This document shows, one piece after another, positions 37,360 to 51,084 of a stretch of DNA of 64,000 nucleotides (position 1 is its first letter; each line of letters opens with the position of its first letter). The notes under the pieces are model-generated. The model saw nothing but the letters and a program-made list of their open reading frames with translations. It searched no databases and had not been told where the DNA came from. Position numbers and translations under genes: made by a program. The DNA comes from Macrostomum hystrix (Eukaryota; Animalia; Platyhelminthes), in contig CATNEN010000001.1 of assembly GCA_950097015.1 (NCBI GenBank), positions 2,604,001-2,668,000 of the forward strand, read 5' to 3'.

Positions 37360-40095
37360 TCTAGTGTTAGATAAAGTGTTCTAGGGTTAGACATTTGTGT
37401 TCTAGTGTTATACACAGTGTTCTACTGTTAGATATGGTGTTCTACTGTTTGATATGGTGTTCTACTGTTAGATACAGTGTTCTACTGTTAGATATGGTGT
37501 TCTACTGTTAGATATGGTGTTCTACTGTTATATATGGTGTTCTACTGTTAGATACAGTGTTCTACTGTTAGACAAGGTGTTCTACTGTTAGATCTGGTGT
37601 TCTACTGTTAGATATGGTGTTCTACTGTTGGATATGGTGTTCTACTGTTTGATATTGTGTTCTACTGTTAGATATGGTATTCTACTGTTAGATATGGTGT
37701 TCTAGTGTTATACACAGTGTGCTACTGTTAGATATGGTGTTCTTGCGCTAGATATTGTGTTCTACTGTTAGATATGGTGTTCTACTGTTAGATATGGTGT
37801 TCTACTGTTAGATATGGTGTTCTACTGTTAGATATGGTGTTCTACTGTTAGATATGGTGTTCTACTGTTAGATATTGTGTTTTACTGTTAGATTTGGTGT
37901 TCTACTGTTAGATATGGTGTTCTACTGTTAGATATGGTGTTCTACTGTTAGATATTGTGTTTTACTGTTAGATATGGTGTTCTACTGTTAGATATGGTGT
38001 TCTAGTGTTATACACTGTGTGCTACTGTTAGATATGGTGTTCTAGCGCTAGATATTGTGTTCTACTGTTAGATATGGTGTTCTACTGTTAGATATGGTGT
38101 TCTACTGTTAGATATGGTGTTCTACTGTTAGATATTGTGTTCTACTGTTAGATACAGTGTTCTACTGTTAGATATGGTGTTCTACTGTTAGATATGGTGT
38201 TCTAGTGTTATACACAGTGTGCTACTGTTAGATATGGTGTTCTACTGTTAGATATTGTGTTTTACTGTTAGATTTGGTGTTCTACTGTTAGATATGGTGT
38301 TCTACTGTTAGATATGGTGTTCTACTGTTAGATATTGTGTTTTACTGTTAGATATGGTATTCTACTGTTAGATATGGTGTTCTAGTGTTATACACTGTGT
38401 GCTACTGTTAGATATGGTGTTCTAGCGCTAGATATTGTGTTCTACTGTTAGATATGGTGTTCTACTGTTAGATATGGTGTTCTACTGTTAGATATGGTGT
38501 TCTACTGTTAGATATTGTGTTCTACTGTTAGATACAGTGTTCTACTGTTAGATATGGTGTTCTACTGTTAGATATGGTGTTCTAGTGTTATACACAGTGT
38601 GCTACTGTTAGATATGGTGTTCTACTGTTAGATATGGTATTCTACTGTTAGATATGGTGTTCTACTGTTAGATATGGTGTTCTACTATTAGATATGGTGT
38701 TCTACTGTTAGATATGGTGTTTTACTGTTAGATATGGTGTTCTAGTGTTATACACAGTGTGCTACTGTTAGATATGGTGTTCTAGCGCTAGATATTGTCT
38801 TCTACTGTTAGATATTGTGTTCTACTGTTAGATATGGTATTCTACTATTAGATATGGTGTTCTAGTGTTATACACTGTGTTCTACTGTTAGATATGGTGT
38901 TCTACTGTTAGATACAGTGTTCTACTGTTAGATATGGTGTTCTACTGTTAGATATGGTGTTCTACTGTTAGATATGGTATTCTACTGTTAGATATGGTGT
39001 TCTAGTGTTATACACAGTGTGCTACTGTTAGATATGGTGTTCTACTGTTAGATATTGTGTTCTACTGTTAGATACAGTGTTCTACTGTTAGATATGGTGT
39101 TCTACTGTTAGATATGGTGTTCTACTGTTATATATGGTGTTCTACTGTTAGATACAGTGTTCTACTGTTAGACAAGGTGTTCTACTGTTAGATATGGTGT
39201 TCTACTGTTAGATATGGTGTTCTACTGTTAGATATGGTGTTCTACTGTTTGATATTGTGTTCTACTGTTAGATATGGTATTCTACTGTTAGATATGGTGT
39301 TCTAGTGTTATACACAGTGTGCTACTGTTAGATATGGAGTTCTTGCGCTAGATATTGTGTTCTACTGTTAGATATGGTGTTCTACTGTTAGATATGGTGT
39401 TCTACTGTTAGATATGGTGTTCTACTGTTAGATATGGTGTTCTACTGTTAGATATGGTGTTCTACTGTTAGATATGGTGTTCTACTGTTAGATATGGTGT
39501 TCTACTGTTAGATATGGTGTTCTACTGTTAGATATGGTGTTCTACTGTTAGATATGGTGTTCTACTGTTAGATATGGTGTTCTACTGTTAGATATGGTGT
39601 TCTACTGTTAGATATGGTGTTCTACTGTTAGATATGGTGTTCTAGTGTTATACACAGTGTGCTACTGTTAGATATGGTGTTCTAGCGCTAGATATTGTCT
39701 TCTACTGTTAGATATTGTGTTCTACTGTTAGATATGGTATTCTACTATTAGATATGGTGTTCTAGTGTTATACACTGTGTTCTACTGTTAGATATGGTGT
39801 TCTACTGTTAGATACAGTGTTCTACTGTTAGATATGGTGTTCTACTGTTAGATATGGTGTTCTACTGTTAGATATGGTGTTCTACTGTTAGATATGGTAT
39901 TCTACTGTTAGATATGGTGTTCTACTGTTAGATATCGTGTTCTACTGTTAGATATGGTGTTCTACTGTTAGATATGGTGTTCTACTGTTTGATATTGTGT
40001 TCTACTGTTAGATATGGTATTCTACTGTTAGGTATAGTGTGCTACTGTTAGATATGGCATGCTAGTGTTAGATATAGCATAACTAGTGTTAGATT
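37360..40095. repeat. 20-bp satellite, about 135 copies, with higher-order structure
   Basis: TCTACTGTTAGATATGGTGT, in register over about 2.7 kb. Confidence 0.97.
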
Positions 40096-40659
40096 CAGTA
40101 GTAATAGCTCTTAGAATTCAGTTCGTGTGTAAATTAACAAACAGCAACACACTAAAATAATAGTGATGAGTGGAAAATGTTGGCCAAACTAAATTGACAC
40201 AATTTTATCGACCGATAGTAGCAGCTATAATTAAAGAAAAACTAAATATAGGATCCCTTAATTAGACCATGTTTTTTAACTTTATAAAGAGAAATATGTT
40301 TTTAGTAGGTAAAGTCGATAAAATGCAATGCTCAAAACGACTTACTGCAGTGTTAGTAAACCGCCGCTAATGTTTAATAAGCGTCAAAAAACAAAAACGG
40401 AAGGTTTGATTTCATAGCTATTCTGCCGTTTCCATCGAGTGTTACCTGGCATATAAAAATCAGTTTAGCCATTCCTATACGCAAGTTCGATTTGTTTGAC
40501 CAAATATTATAGATATTTCTCTTTGCTCTAGCATATACGAGTAACGAATGTGCTGTGGCTATAATTTCTTGCCTTATCGGTGAAGCCTGTTCACTGGTTA
40601 GTATAAACTAAGGAGAGGGCCTTCTATAATTCCTTATTGGCCTATAAGATCAGATTTTT

Positions 40660-41682
40660 ATCTCTCTTAGATCTCTCCTTGATGTCTCTTAAACCTCTTT
40701 TAGATCTCTCTTAGATGTCACTTATATCATTCTTAGAACACGCTTAGATTTATCTTAGATCTCTTTCAGATATCTCTTAGATCTCTCTTAGATCTCTCTT
40801 AGATCTCTCTTAGATCTCTCTTAGATCTCTCTTAGATCTCTCTTAAACCTCTCTTAGATCTCTCTTAGATCTCTCTTAGATCTCTCTTAGATCTCTCTTA
40901 GATCTCTCTTAGATTTCTCTTAGATCTCTCTTAGATCTCTCTTAGATCTCTCTTAGATCTCTCTTAGATCTCTCTTAGATTTCTCTTAGATCTCTCTTAG
41001 ATCTCTCTTAGATCTCTCTTAGATCTCTCTTAGGTCTCTCTTAGATCTCTCTTAAACCTATTTTAGATCTCTCTTAGATCTCTCTTAGATCTCTCTTAGA
41101 TCTCCCTTAGATCTCTCTTAGATCTCTCTTAGATCTCTCTTAGATCTCTCTTAGATCTCTCTTTAACCTATTTTAGATCTCTCTTAGATCTCTCTTAGAT
41201 CTCTCTTAGATCTCCCTTAGATCTCTCTTAGATCTCTCTTAGATCTCTCTTAGATCTCTCTTAGATCTCTCTTTAACCTATTTTAGATCTCTCTTAGATC
41301 TCTCTTAGATCTCTCTTAGATCTCTCTTTAACCTATTTTAGATCTCTCTTAGATCTCTCTTAGATCTCCCTTAGATCTCTCTTAGATCTCTCTTAGATCT
41401 CTCTTAGATCTCTCTTAGATTTCTCTTAGATCTCTCTTAGATCTCTCTTAGATCTCTCTTAGATCTCTCTTAGATCTCTCTTAGATCTCTCTTAGATCTC
41501 TCTTAGATCTCTCTTAGATCTCTCTTAGATCTCTCTTAGATATCTCTTAGATCTCTCTTAGATATCTCTTAGATCTCTCTTAGATCTCTCTTAGATCTCT
41601 CTTAGATTTCTCTTAGATCTCTCTTAGATATCTCTTAGATCTCTCTTAGATATCTCTTAGATCTCTCCTAGATCCCTCTTGG
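40660..41682. repeat. 11-bp satellite
   Basis: TAGATCTCTCT, about 90 copies. Confidence 0.95.
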
Positions 41683-42425
41683 ATGCATTGGGTGTAAGAG
41701 CTCTTTCTGACCTCAGTTATGCAAGTAGAAAGACTTCTCTATTTGGATTGTCCTAACTTTCTTAGAAAGCAATTCTTTCAACTCTCTCCCAATAGTTTCT
41801 TTAAAATCGAAAGAAACAGTTGGTTTTGCGACTCAAAAAAGTGTCTTTTACTACTGAATGTTTGCTCAACACTTTCAACTCAATACTGAAGCAGCACCTG
41901 ATTCTTCAATTCTTTAATTCTTGAAAAAAAATCCTTCCAAATTTCACTAAAAAAGACGTTAGAAAACGTATGTAATATGGCTTCCTTCTTTGCATTTCTG
42001 AAGCCACTAAAACTGTTAGATATTGTGTAAGTTTTCTAAGCAAACCAGCCCGATTTGATTGCTTTGACTAGAAATGCATCAAGTTAGGATTAACTTTTTT
42101 GTTTTAATTATAGGGAAAGTGGTTAGATTTGCTATTAGTCGCATAATTAGTTTTCCATATTTCTTATTAAATTATTGATCAATCTATCAACTGTGTTGAT
42201 TCAGCAAGCCTAAGAGACAGTATTAGCCTCTAATAATCCCGAATCATAATCTGGGGTTGAGGCGAAGTCCTGATTTTCTCTTAAATAACTTTTCGACCCA
42301 AGGTCCCAAAGCCTAAGGCATGTGCCCCGCATGGGTCATGTGTGTGAGCATTAGCTTAATTATATATAGGCTATATATGATACACAGGCTCAGTGAGAGA
42401 AATATTGAATGCACACCGTTAACCC

Positions 42426-42439
42426 GTTGCCATAGCGAC
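42426..42439. promoter_or_regulatory. RFX X-box-like site GTTGCCATAGCGAC
   Basis: One mismatch from GTTGCCATAGCAAC; about 290 bp upstream of the 42724 ATG, near CCAAT (42553) and a TATA-like run (about 42625). Confidence 0.5.
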
Positions 42440-42723
42440 CGTAATAGAATGCAAACAATACATTTGTCAGCAGAATGCGAGAGCAGCGTGTGGGAGAGAG
42501 AAGCATGGGGGTATGTAATTGCAGATTGACGGGAAGTAGAAAGACTTGTTAGCCAATCAGAGGCGGCAGAGTGAGAGACTGGGGAGTATGGGATTATATT
42601 CCCAACTCATTTGCAAAGAGCCGCATATATATATTTATAATTTTATTAAAGCTAGCCGTTTCTCAGTTTTATGATTTTAAAATTAATTTTTATAAATAAA
42701 AACTAAATCAAAGCTTTTCTATA

Positions 42724-42859
42724 ATGAGCAATAACCGTGTTGATCCCGAGCCGAAATCGACCGATAGACAATCGATTGAATTGTCAGCGGCAGGGCCTGC
42801 TGCTGCTGCCAGCAGTACCGCTGGCTCCACCGTTGCATTGAAACCCGGCTATGATATCA
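42724..42859 (+). CDS. Candidate alternative first coding exon 3 of the stomatin gene (MSNNRVDPE...KPGYDI)
   Basis: ATG, 45 codons + 1 nt, donor A|GTAAGT, phase 1; CCAAT at 42553, X-box at 42426. Confidence 0.65.
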
Positions 42860-42956
42860 GTAAGTTAGAGTTCATTGCAATCTTCAGTTCAATTAAAAGT
42901 GATATTTGTAGATATTTCCTCTTTCATTTTTTCTCTGAGAAATTAAGATAAAAACT

Positions 42957-43640
42957 GACAGTGAGTAGGACAGTGAGTAGGACAGTGAGTAGGACAGTGA
43001 GTAGGACAGTGAGTAGGACAGTGAGTGGACAGTGAGTGGACAGTGAGTAGGACAGTGAGTAGGACAGTGAGTAGGACAGTGAGTAGGACAGTGAGTAGGA
43101 CAGTGAGTAGGACAGTGAGTAGGACAGTGAGTAGGACAATGAGTAGGACAGTGAGTAGGACAGTGATTAGGACAGTGAGTAGGACAGTGAGTAGGACAGT
43201 GATTAGGACAGTGAGTAGGACAGTGAGTAGGACAGTGAGTAGGACAGTGAGTAGGACAGTGAGTAGGACAGTGAGTAGGACAGTGAGTAGGACAGTGAGT
43301 AGGACAGTGAGTAGGACAGTGAGTAGGACAGTGAGTAGGACAGTGAGTAGGACAGTGAGTAGGACAGTGAGTAGGACAGTGAGTAGGACAGTGAGTAGGA
43401 CAGTGAGTAGGACAGTGAGTAGGACAGTGAGTGGACAGTGAGTGGACAGTGAGTAGGACAGTGAGTAGGACAGTGAGTAGGACAGTGAGAAGGACAGTGA
43501 GTAGGACAGTGAGTAGGAATATAAGTAGGACAGTGAGTAGGACAGTGAGTAGGACAGTGAGTAGGACAGTGAGTAGGACAGTGAGTAGGACAGTGAGTAG
43601 GACAGTGAGTAGGACAGTGAGTAGGACAGTGAGTAGGACA
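42957..43640. repeat. 12-bp satellite
   Basis: GACAGTGAGTAG, about 57 copies. Confidence 0.95.
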
Positions 43641-43723
43641 TTTAAATGTGCTCTTCACACTACATGATGTTCTTAAGTTTATTCTCGCAATAAATCTATC
43701 GCACTCTCTTAGAGCGATATCGC

Positions 43724-43807
43724 AGCGCCCACAAAGGCTGTGTACAGTTGTTCAGTCCATGGACAAAGGAGACCGCTGAGAGTCGAACTCTTGACCTCTA
43801 ACCACTA
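43724..43807 (-). mobile_element. SINE family A, deleted fragment
   Basis: CAGTTGTTCAGTCCATGGAC plus GAGTCGAAC...TAACCACTA. Confidence 0.5.
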
Positions 43808-45499
43808 ATAAGATCCCTAATTAAAAAATTGGGAGATCGTTGAGTTGAAAATGTATCGCATAAAAATATTTTGCAAAATATCGACTTTCTGTCAGAATCA
43901 AATTTGCTAGTCACAGAATTCTCGCGTCTAAACGTGACGACGAAAACGGTGAGATGTGAGGTAACTAGCTCGCATAAATTCACCGCTAGTGCATTGGCCT
44001 TTAGGAAAACATTTTCTATCAAGAGATTTTAAGCTTAAAATTTCTCGCCATGTCAACAAGGTGAAAAAAGTGCACTTTTTTCTGCAAGCAGTTTTTTAAA
44101 GTTAAATTGCTATGCATGTGTCCCCTATTATGGCATATTTTCTTAACGACTTCTTATTTTTAAGAAGTCGTTACTTTCTTTTCTTATGGCGTACTTTATC
44201 AAAGAACAGAAATTATGGAAATCATTGCATCTTTGCGTCAAAGCTAGCAGTGTACTTTTAATATGCATTGATTGTTCTGTACGGTATACAGTTTTTTCAT
44301 TTAGTGTACAATGTGAATTAGACTAGCATATCTTAGTTAATGTACTACTGCAAGTAGCAATATAATAATTTTGTGCGCATTTTGCGCGACAAAATCTAAA
44401 ACTTATGCGCCTACTAAAATATAGCAAGGTTGAAAGAAATTTGGGAAATATAGTTAATCTAAACATACCTGGTTCTACACAAGCCACTGCTTCACTGTAC
44501 CTGTAGTATCACAACTGACAGATGGGATCAGACACGCGCGGAGTGATGACGAGGAAGAGCAAGGAAGAGAAAGATCGATAGTAAACACCGGACTAACAGA
44601 GGGTGTGGAGTGGGAGCAGCAATACGCATGCTTGTGACAGGGCTCTCACAATGTCCTCTGCACTTCTGGGATGTGTCTTACCTGCGGTGGCTGCAGGCCA
44701 ATCTGACAGTGTGTTATTTACTCTTTCGCCCCATCTACACATGCCTAGTTCTCGTGTGTCTCCTGGTACTTTAATTGAGAACATTTTCCCACGCTCCCTG
44801 CCAAAGTCGACGTGAGATATTTCGTTTTTTCTCTCCATGCAATCGAACCACAGAGGAGAGAAATGCGAGATAACTCAATATTCGTGGATTACCAAATCAA
44901 CTAATCCGGGAGAGAAAAAATGGGCTATAATATATAATATAAGGGATGAAAAAGCTAGCAAAGTGACTCACAACTAGTCTCAGCGGGGACAATACCTGAA
45001 AATATTGAACGAGATGCATTATTTAGTGTTGGCTAGTCCTGCTTTCTTTGAAAAAAGTCCTCAACAAAACGTCTAAAAACAGTGTGAAAAAAGCTAAAAG
45101 TAAAGGCTTAGTTGAAACGTCTTCTTCATTGATTGCCATGTGGAAAAAAGGTGCTTCAAAGCATAATAGCTCATTAACAAACGATCAAGCACAGTGTGAT
45201 TCTATCGATCGTTGCTCGTACAAAAGTCAAACATGTGATGGAACAAAAAATTAGATAAGTTTAGTGCCTAGGTTAATAAGTGTTTTTAACTATTTTGTTA
45301 GTTTTAACTATTTTTAACTATAGTTAGTAACTATTTTGCGTTTAGATTATATAGGGATGGTAATGGTATTAATCCAAGTCAATTAGTGAGGTTATAAAAA
45401 ACCAACACGTATCTCCCGAAATATTTAGCCGATCGCCATAAAAATCCAGAACTCAAGCTAAAATTTTCCGCTTTATCTGACGAAATAACTTCCAAAATC

Positions 45500-45895
45500 A
45501 CAAAACATCGGCATCGTCGAGATATTCAACAATTCTCGTCGGGGTTCTGGTGGCAAAAACCACCAATCGTAGGCATAATTTTTCTGCCCACAAAATTTCA
45601 TCATGTAACCATTTCGGCTATTGTTGACTATTTTGGACTGATTAAATTGTTAATTATTTTATTTTAAACCAATATGGATTCGCCATAGAAGTTTGTACAG
45701 AGCAGTCAGTTGTCCTTGTCAACAGGGTCTTTGACAAGAATCGATTAATATCTCGTCCACTGCTGACGTTGGACGGCATTCAAAGTTAGTTCAACGTAAA
45801 GGGTGGGATTTTTTATCCATTTCGTGGACTTTCACGAAAATCGGTTATTCTGTTAGTCTTTCCCCAGGGGAAAAAATAGTGTGGTCTCTCTACTG
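45500..45895. mobile_element. Second copy (opposite orientation) of the 7303-7590 dispersed repeat
   Basis: Shared blocks GCATCGTCGAGATATTCAAC, AACCAATATGGATTCGCCAT, GCTGACGTTGGACGGC; boundaries approximate. Confidence 0.55.
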
Positions 45896-47326
45896 CTAAG
45901 AGCAACTTCAGATTACTAACCAGTGTAACTCCGTTGAATTCAGACCATAATATGATACATATTTATTTTGTATTTTAAGCGAAGCGAAGGTTTCAAGTCA
46001 GATGCGATCTTCTGAAGCCCAAGGCCGAATAGACCCTGCAAGCACGCGGTTTTGGCGTGTTCAAATTAGTTAACACAGAATTCGCGCGTAAGTTACTTGA
46101 GTGATGCTATTTTTAGATTACAAGGTCGAATTTCACGCGACGCTTGCGTGCCATAAATAATTGCCACGCCCAAAGCAGGCGAAAATTTTAAATAACACGA
46201 ACGTATTAAACTTTCGGCTATTTGAAATCTTAAACTAAAGGATCAATCGAATGTACTTTCTTTGAAAGCATGAGCAAGAGTACGATACCTTTTGCTCAGC
46301 AACTATTCACTTCCTTCTAATGATGATTGGTTCGATTCGATTGTATTTTTCTACATTCCACTAAAATTTTCTGTTAAAGTGATTTGCATACAAATTGACA
46401 TATTTTCGTATCGATGGACAGCCAAGAGTAGATCATATATGAAATTGTGACATAAAACGATTTTATAAGAAGCAAATAAATAGCGACAGAAAAACCACAC
46501 TGGTGTGTCTAAAAAAAAGAAAATTTCGAGTGCGGAAAATGCGAAAATGTACTACCAGTTCTTAATTTTAATTCTTAATTCTAGTTTAAGTTCAGGATCT
46601 CAAACTCCAACTCAATAGGAAGCATGATCATTTGCCCATTATCACACGAATTTTAAACCCTTAAAGTCTGCATGGAGATGATTTTAACAAACTGAGACTT
46701 CTGCTATTCTTTGGTCAATAATCACGTACATTCAACGAACAAAGGAAATTTGTTAGAAAAGTATCAAAGAAGAGAATGCTATTATTAGTTTTTTTTAAAG
46801 TTCATCAGCGACAATTAATATTCCTCGTTGTGTCAGATCCAATTTTTGCGAACCGGCCAACTTCAATAATGAACTAACAAAGCAGACACTCGGAAGCTTC
46901 TGAAAGCCTCAAATCTCAGGCTGCTAGCTTGAGTCTACTCAAATAAGTGGACTATAGGATGAGGAAAACCCCAGAGGCTGGGTGAGGGAGATTTGAAGTG
47001 GACGAAGATGAAAGTTACTCAGTCTGAGTAGTGTATCGAAGCATTGAATTCAAAAGATGGAGAAGAGCTGGTGCGTGTGTATTAGCTACAGCTAGCCATG
47101 GTCCTGCAGCCTCTTGCCTTGCTGATGCCAATTTTGCCCCCCCAAGAGAGATTGGGGGGAGAAAGGAGGGGTAGCTTTTTGAGAACAGGCGGCACTTGGC
47201 CCTCTTGGGAGGAGAACTCGTTCGGCCTTAAAAGGAAGAGGGGAGAATGAGGATGAGGAGCTGGACGAGCTAAGGAGGCTGGTTTCTTAAGATGGGGTGG
47301 GAAATGTATTTTATGGTGCCCCTCGG

Positions 47327-47358
<32 letters not shown>

Positions 47359-49029
47359 ATGCTACATCTTATTTTCTCCCAGCTCTTCATCTGGACCCAC
47401 TCCTCTCTCCGCTGATCGAGTCGCAACCTCAACCCGTAGGCCCATTTCGAGGAACCAGCAAGCCATTCTGCCTTCTGCCCTCTCCGCTCTCTCAGTCTCT
47501 CTATACTAAATTTTGAGGGGGAAATGGCTCAGAAGAGGAGCTCGTTTATGGCGTCACGGGATGTCGCAGATTTTCGGGCTTAGGGCTGACGACTAGCGGA
47601 CCATGCAGTTGGAGATTGGGAAGCGGAGCGCATGCGTGTTGCAGTTAGATTGAGCTGTGAGCATTCAGCCCTGCCAATTAGTGCTCAAGTCTCAAGTCAG
47701 GAATATTTTAATCTTGCGAATTAATTGCTCACTGACTAAAGGTCTTGCCACTTATTAAAAATTGATCAAGAATGTGCTAGTGAGTGGAAGTGAGAGAGAT
47801 GCAAGGGGAGAGAAGAAAGCAGAGGAAGAAAGGGAAGGTGAGAGAGATGGAAGAGAGAGAGGCAAGGGGGTTAGAAGGAGGTGAGAGCTGAGAGAGTGCA
47901 AAACAGTGAGGGAGGAGAAGAGACGGCAGATTATTAAATGGAAGCTGGTGAAGGTATTGGTGAAGCGGGTAATAGATAGCCGTGTACTGCTGGAAAATCA
48001 AGGGTAGAGAAGTGATTGAGGATGGAGCATAGCTCCCGCCTAGTCATAGTGATTATGGCTAGAAAAGATGAATAGCATATCCGGGCAGAAGATAATGAGA
48101 TGCAAAGCTAGTGCAGCATCCCAAAAGTGATCAATAACTTTCCGTTCTTTCCGATCGCGTCTTGCTTACCAAAACTGACATGCAATCCGACTCTAGGTCT
48201 ATCGGTCGAAGCAGATTTGCATGTTGAGACTGACAGACTGTGAGGCTTGGGAACTATTAAAAATCTATTTCCAATTGTCTTTTACCATACCGTAATTCAT
48301 CTGATACGCATATACTCACTTCGCTGTTGAGGGGTCGGTGGCAGAGCGGTCTTGATGATTTCGGGAATTCGATTCTCTTTGGGAGTTTGATGATTTCAGG
48401 AAGATTGGCCATTGCCTACAGTCCTCTTGCAAAAATTTATTTTATTTGTTTTATTTTCCCATTTACGACCGAAAAAATATCCCCACTTACTTTCACTTTC
48501 AGTGTAATTCCTTCGCAGCTGCACATCCGCCAACTCACCGCTGTATTGTCTTCCTAATTCGGTTTCCATCCATGCCAGATATTTCCCAGTTTCATACACC
48601 ACAGAAAAATCCCAATGCTTTATCCTCCTCTTCTCTCAGAATCCTCCTAATCGACAATTCTCCTAGAGAAGCCTGCACTGCGTACACAAGACGGGCACAT
48701 GCCCCACTTACCCAACCGCCCATAGCAACTATATTTCTCCCAGCAACAGCTTCTCATATCCATCCAAACCGTATATTTCATCCTCTTTTGTTCCTCGTTC
48801 TAAAAAGGCAATGCAGCTGGGAGAGAGAGGGCACAAAGATATGCTTAACAACAGTGAGGATATGTGATGTGGCCATGACAATTGTTCCAGGTTTCTTGAT
48901 GAAGCCATCTAAACGATTTTTTAGCAGACAAGCTCCTTATTACCGCAATCCCACAATGCTCTTGTCGAAATATCACCGAAATGAGCCTGCTGATAATTTT
49001 TAGGAAGACTGTTTAGGGACAACTTCAGC

Positions 49030-49198
49030 GAATTTTGTCTTGTCAGGCAGTGTACACTCTCACTGTGTCTTGGTGGCTGACTTTCAAAGGCGTTAGTCAC
49101 TTCAACAAGCCCCCAAGCCTTCTAAGTTGAAGGGACCAAGTCGCGGATTCGAGCTCAGGGACCTTGTCGCCAGAGGCGGACGCATTAACCGTTCTGCA
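49030..49198 (-). mobile_element. SINE-like family D copy
   Basis: Shares GTACACTCTCACTGTG, ACAAGCCCCCAAGCCTTCT and GACCTTG...AGAGGC with 18919-19150. Confidence 0.6.
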
Positions 49199-49657
49199 AA
49201 TCCCCATCGCATAGTATTATCCGCGCAATATTATAGACTGCAAACTAGGACAGACCCAGTTTAATTCACTGGCGAATGATTGGGCTTAAGGATGCAGCGC
49301 CCACAGAATCATCTCGCGAATAGCCTAGTTCGTCTAGGTCGTCTCTGATTGGACAGAATGATTTTGAACTGGGGTGTGGACGTCAGCGATGGAGAGTGCG
49401 GACAGCCGGGGCAGAAGGAAGAGAAGGAAGTGAAACCAGAACTGGGCGGGATTGGGTTTGGCCCGATGAGCTTGTAAAAATGCATTTTTTAAGCCACCCT
49501 GGGTGAGATTCAGAGAACTGAACAAGCGTCGTGTGAGCACAGATTGTGATCGGAGTCTATAGTAGACTCTGAAAGTTTCTCTGAAAGAAGAAGAAGCGGA
49601 ACAAAATTAAAATTGGATTGAAAGCAACTGAGGCCAATAACAAAACAAACCAGCGCG

Positions 49658-49763
49658 ATGAGCTCCTCGGAGATGCAGCGAGAGTACCCGCATCACCCAG
49701 TGCCGGTCATGGGCCCCATGCGGGTCGGCAGTATGCGAAAGGACGGCGTGCGAGAGTCCATTG
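49658..49763 (+). CDS. Candidate alternative first coding exon 4 of the stomatin gene (MSSSEMQREYP...VRESI)
   Basis: ATG, 35 codons + 1 nt, donor G|GTAAGC, phase 1; reverse CCAAT at 49348. Confidence 0.65.
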
Positions 49764-50017
49764 GTAAGCGGTTTCTGTACGGGTGCCTAGCTGGCACTGA
49801 TGGCTTCCAGCTTCACTTTAACAGTTTACTCAGGTCTTAGGCTTTAGCTAAGCCATTAAATTTCTTCTTATCGTCCTGTTACTCGTAGTTATGAATTACA
49901 TCTTCTAAATAAAATTTTAAACTTCAAAACTTCTAATCTCATGCCGTCATTCGATAATCCCTTACTGGTACTCGTAATTATAGGTCTCATCGTCTCACTG
50001 GTAAAAAAATCTGTGAT

Positions 50018-50255
50018 TGTCACTCATCAATCTACAATCTCCTCCTGTCACTAATCAACCTCAACCTGTCACTGATCAATCACATCCTGTCACTTATCAA
50101 TCTCATCCTTGACTCATCAATATTTTCCCGTCTCTCATCAATCTCATACTGTCACTCATGAATCTCATCCTTTGACTCACCAATCTCATCCTGTCACTCA
50201 TCGATCTCATCCTGTCGCTCATCAATCACATACTGTCTTCAATCAATCTCATCTT
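50018..50255. repeat. Degenerate 21-bp minisatellite
   Basis: TCATCAATCTCATCCTGTCAC-like units. Confidence 0.75.
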
Positions 50256-51084
50256 ATTTCTTGTTTTCAGCCCTTTATTTTCTTTTGGTCTTCTCATATC
50301 AACAATTTCAAGCAGATTAGCACGCCTAAGACGATGACGCAACAATGATTTGACTAAAACATAATCTACGAAACCTCACCATCAAGGCCCCTATATACCG
50401 TTCGCTTGTAGTTCGCCCTTCCCAAGCACTAGCAGCTATAGTTCCTTCCTTCCTGTCGGCCCTATCTCTTTTTGTTGGCCCCATGCTACACTCGGACCGG
50501 CTCTCCTAAGCAGCATGCAAGCAGCCTCCGTTATCCCCTCCCTGGTGCAGCATAATTGAGTGAGTCTGCTCCGAAATAAGAGTCACAGCTTCTTTGCTTC
50601 CAGATACTAATGTGCTAGCTTCCTTAAACTCACTTCCCTACTCAATCCCTACTCAGATACAGTTTCCTCATTCCCCTCTTCGATCCCTCTCGTCTCTGTG
50701 GCTCATTGAATTATTCACACTTGAACGAAAATTTGTCGACACAAGTCCAAATGGAAATAATTTTTGTTCGGGAAAAAATATTTTCATCCATCATTTTATC
50801 ATCTTTAGTTGGCATTTTCTGCGTGTAAGGGGTGGACAACAATGCCCCCCAAATTGAAGAATAGTTACCAATTCTAGAGGATGTCCTAAAAAATATGCTA
50901 TTGAATTTTACAGACGCCACTTGTGTAAGGCGTGATTAAAGTTCTCATTTCTGTGCAGTAGGTCTCCGATATTAAAAAAGTTAAAACAGCTTGAGGTGAC
51001 AACCATAATGTACCAGTTCTCTGTACAAATATAAACCAACTAATTTTCATAGAAAGTACCTGATTGAGTCTTCCTAAGCCACTA

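Noticed and set aside
37360-40095. Regular short repeats resembling a CRISPR array
   Set aside because: No unique spacers, no cas genes, eukaryotic intron context
44500-45300. Possible transposase remnant
   Set aside because: Short ORFs with no recognisable motif; cannot be supported without a search
47292-47516. Poly-Ala ORF as another stomatin first exon (also ATGs at about 30490, 34111 and 60423)
   Set aside because: Nearest donor-like sites are phase 0, incompatible with the phase-1 acceptor
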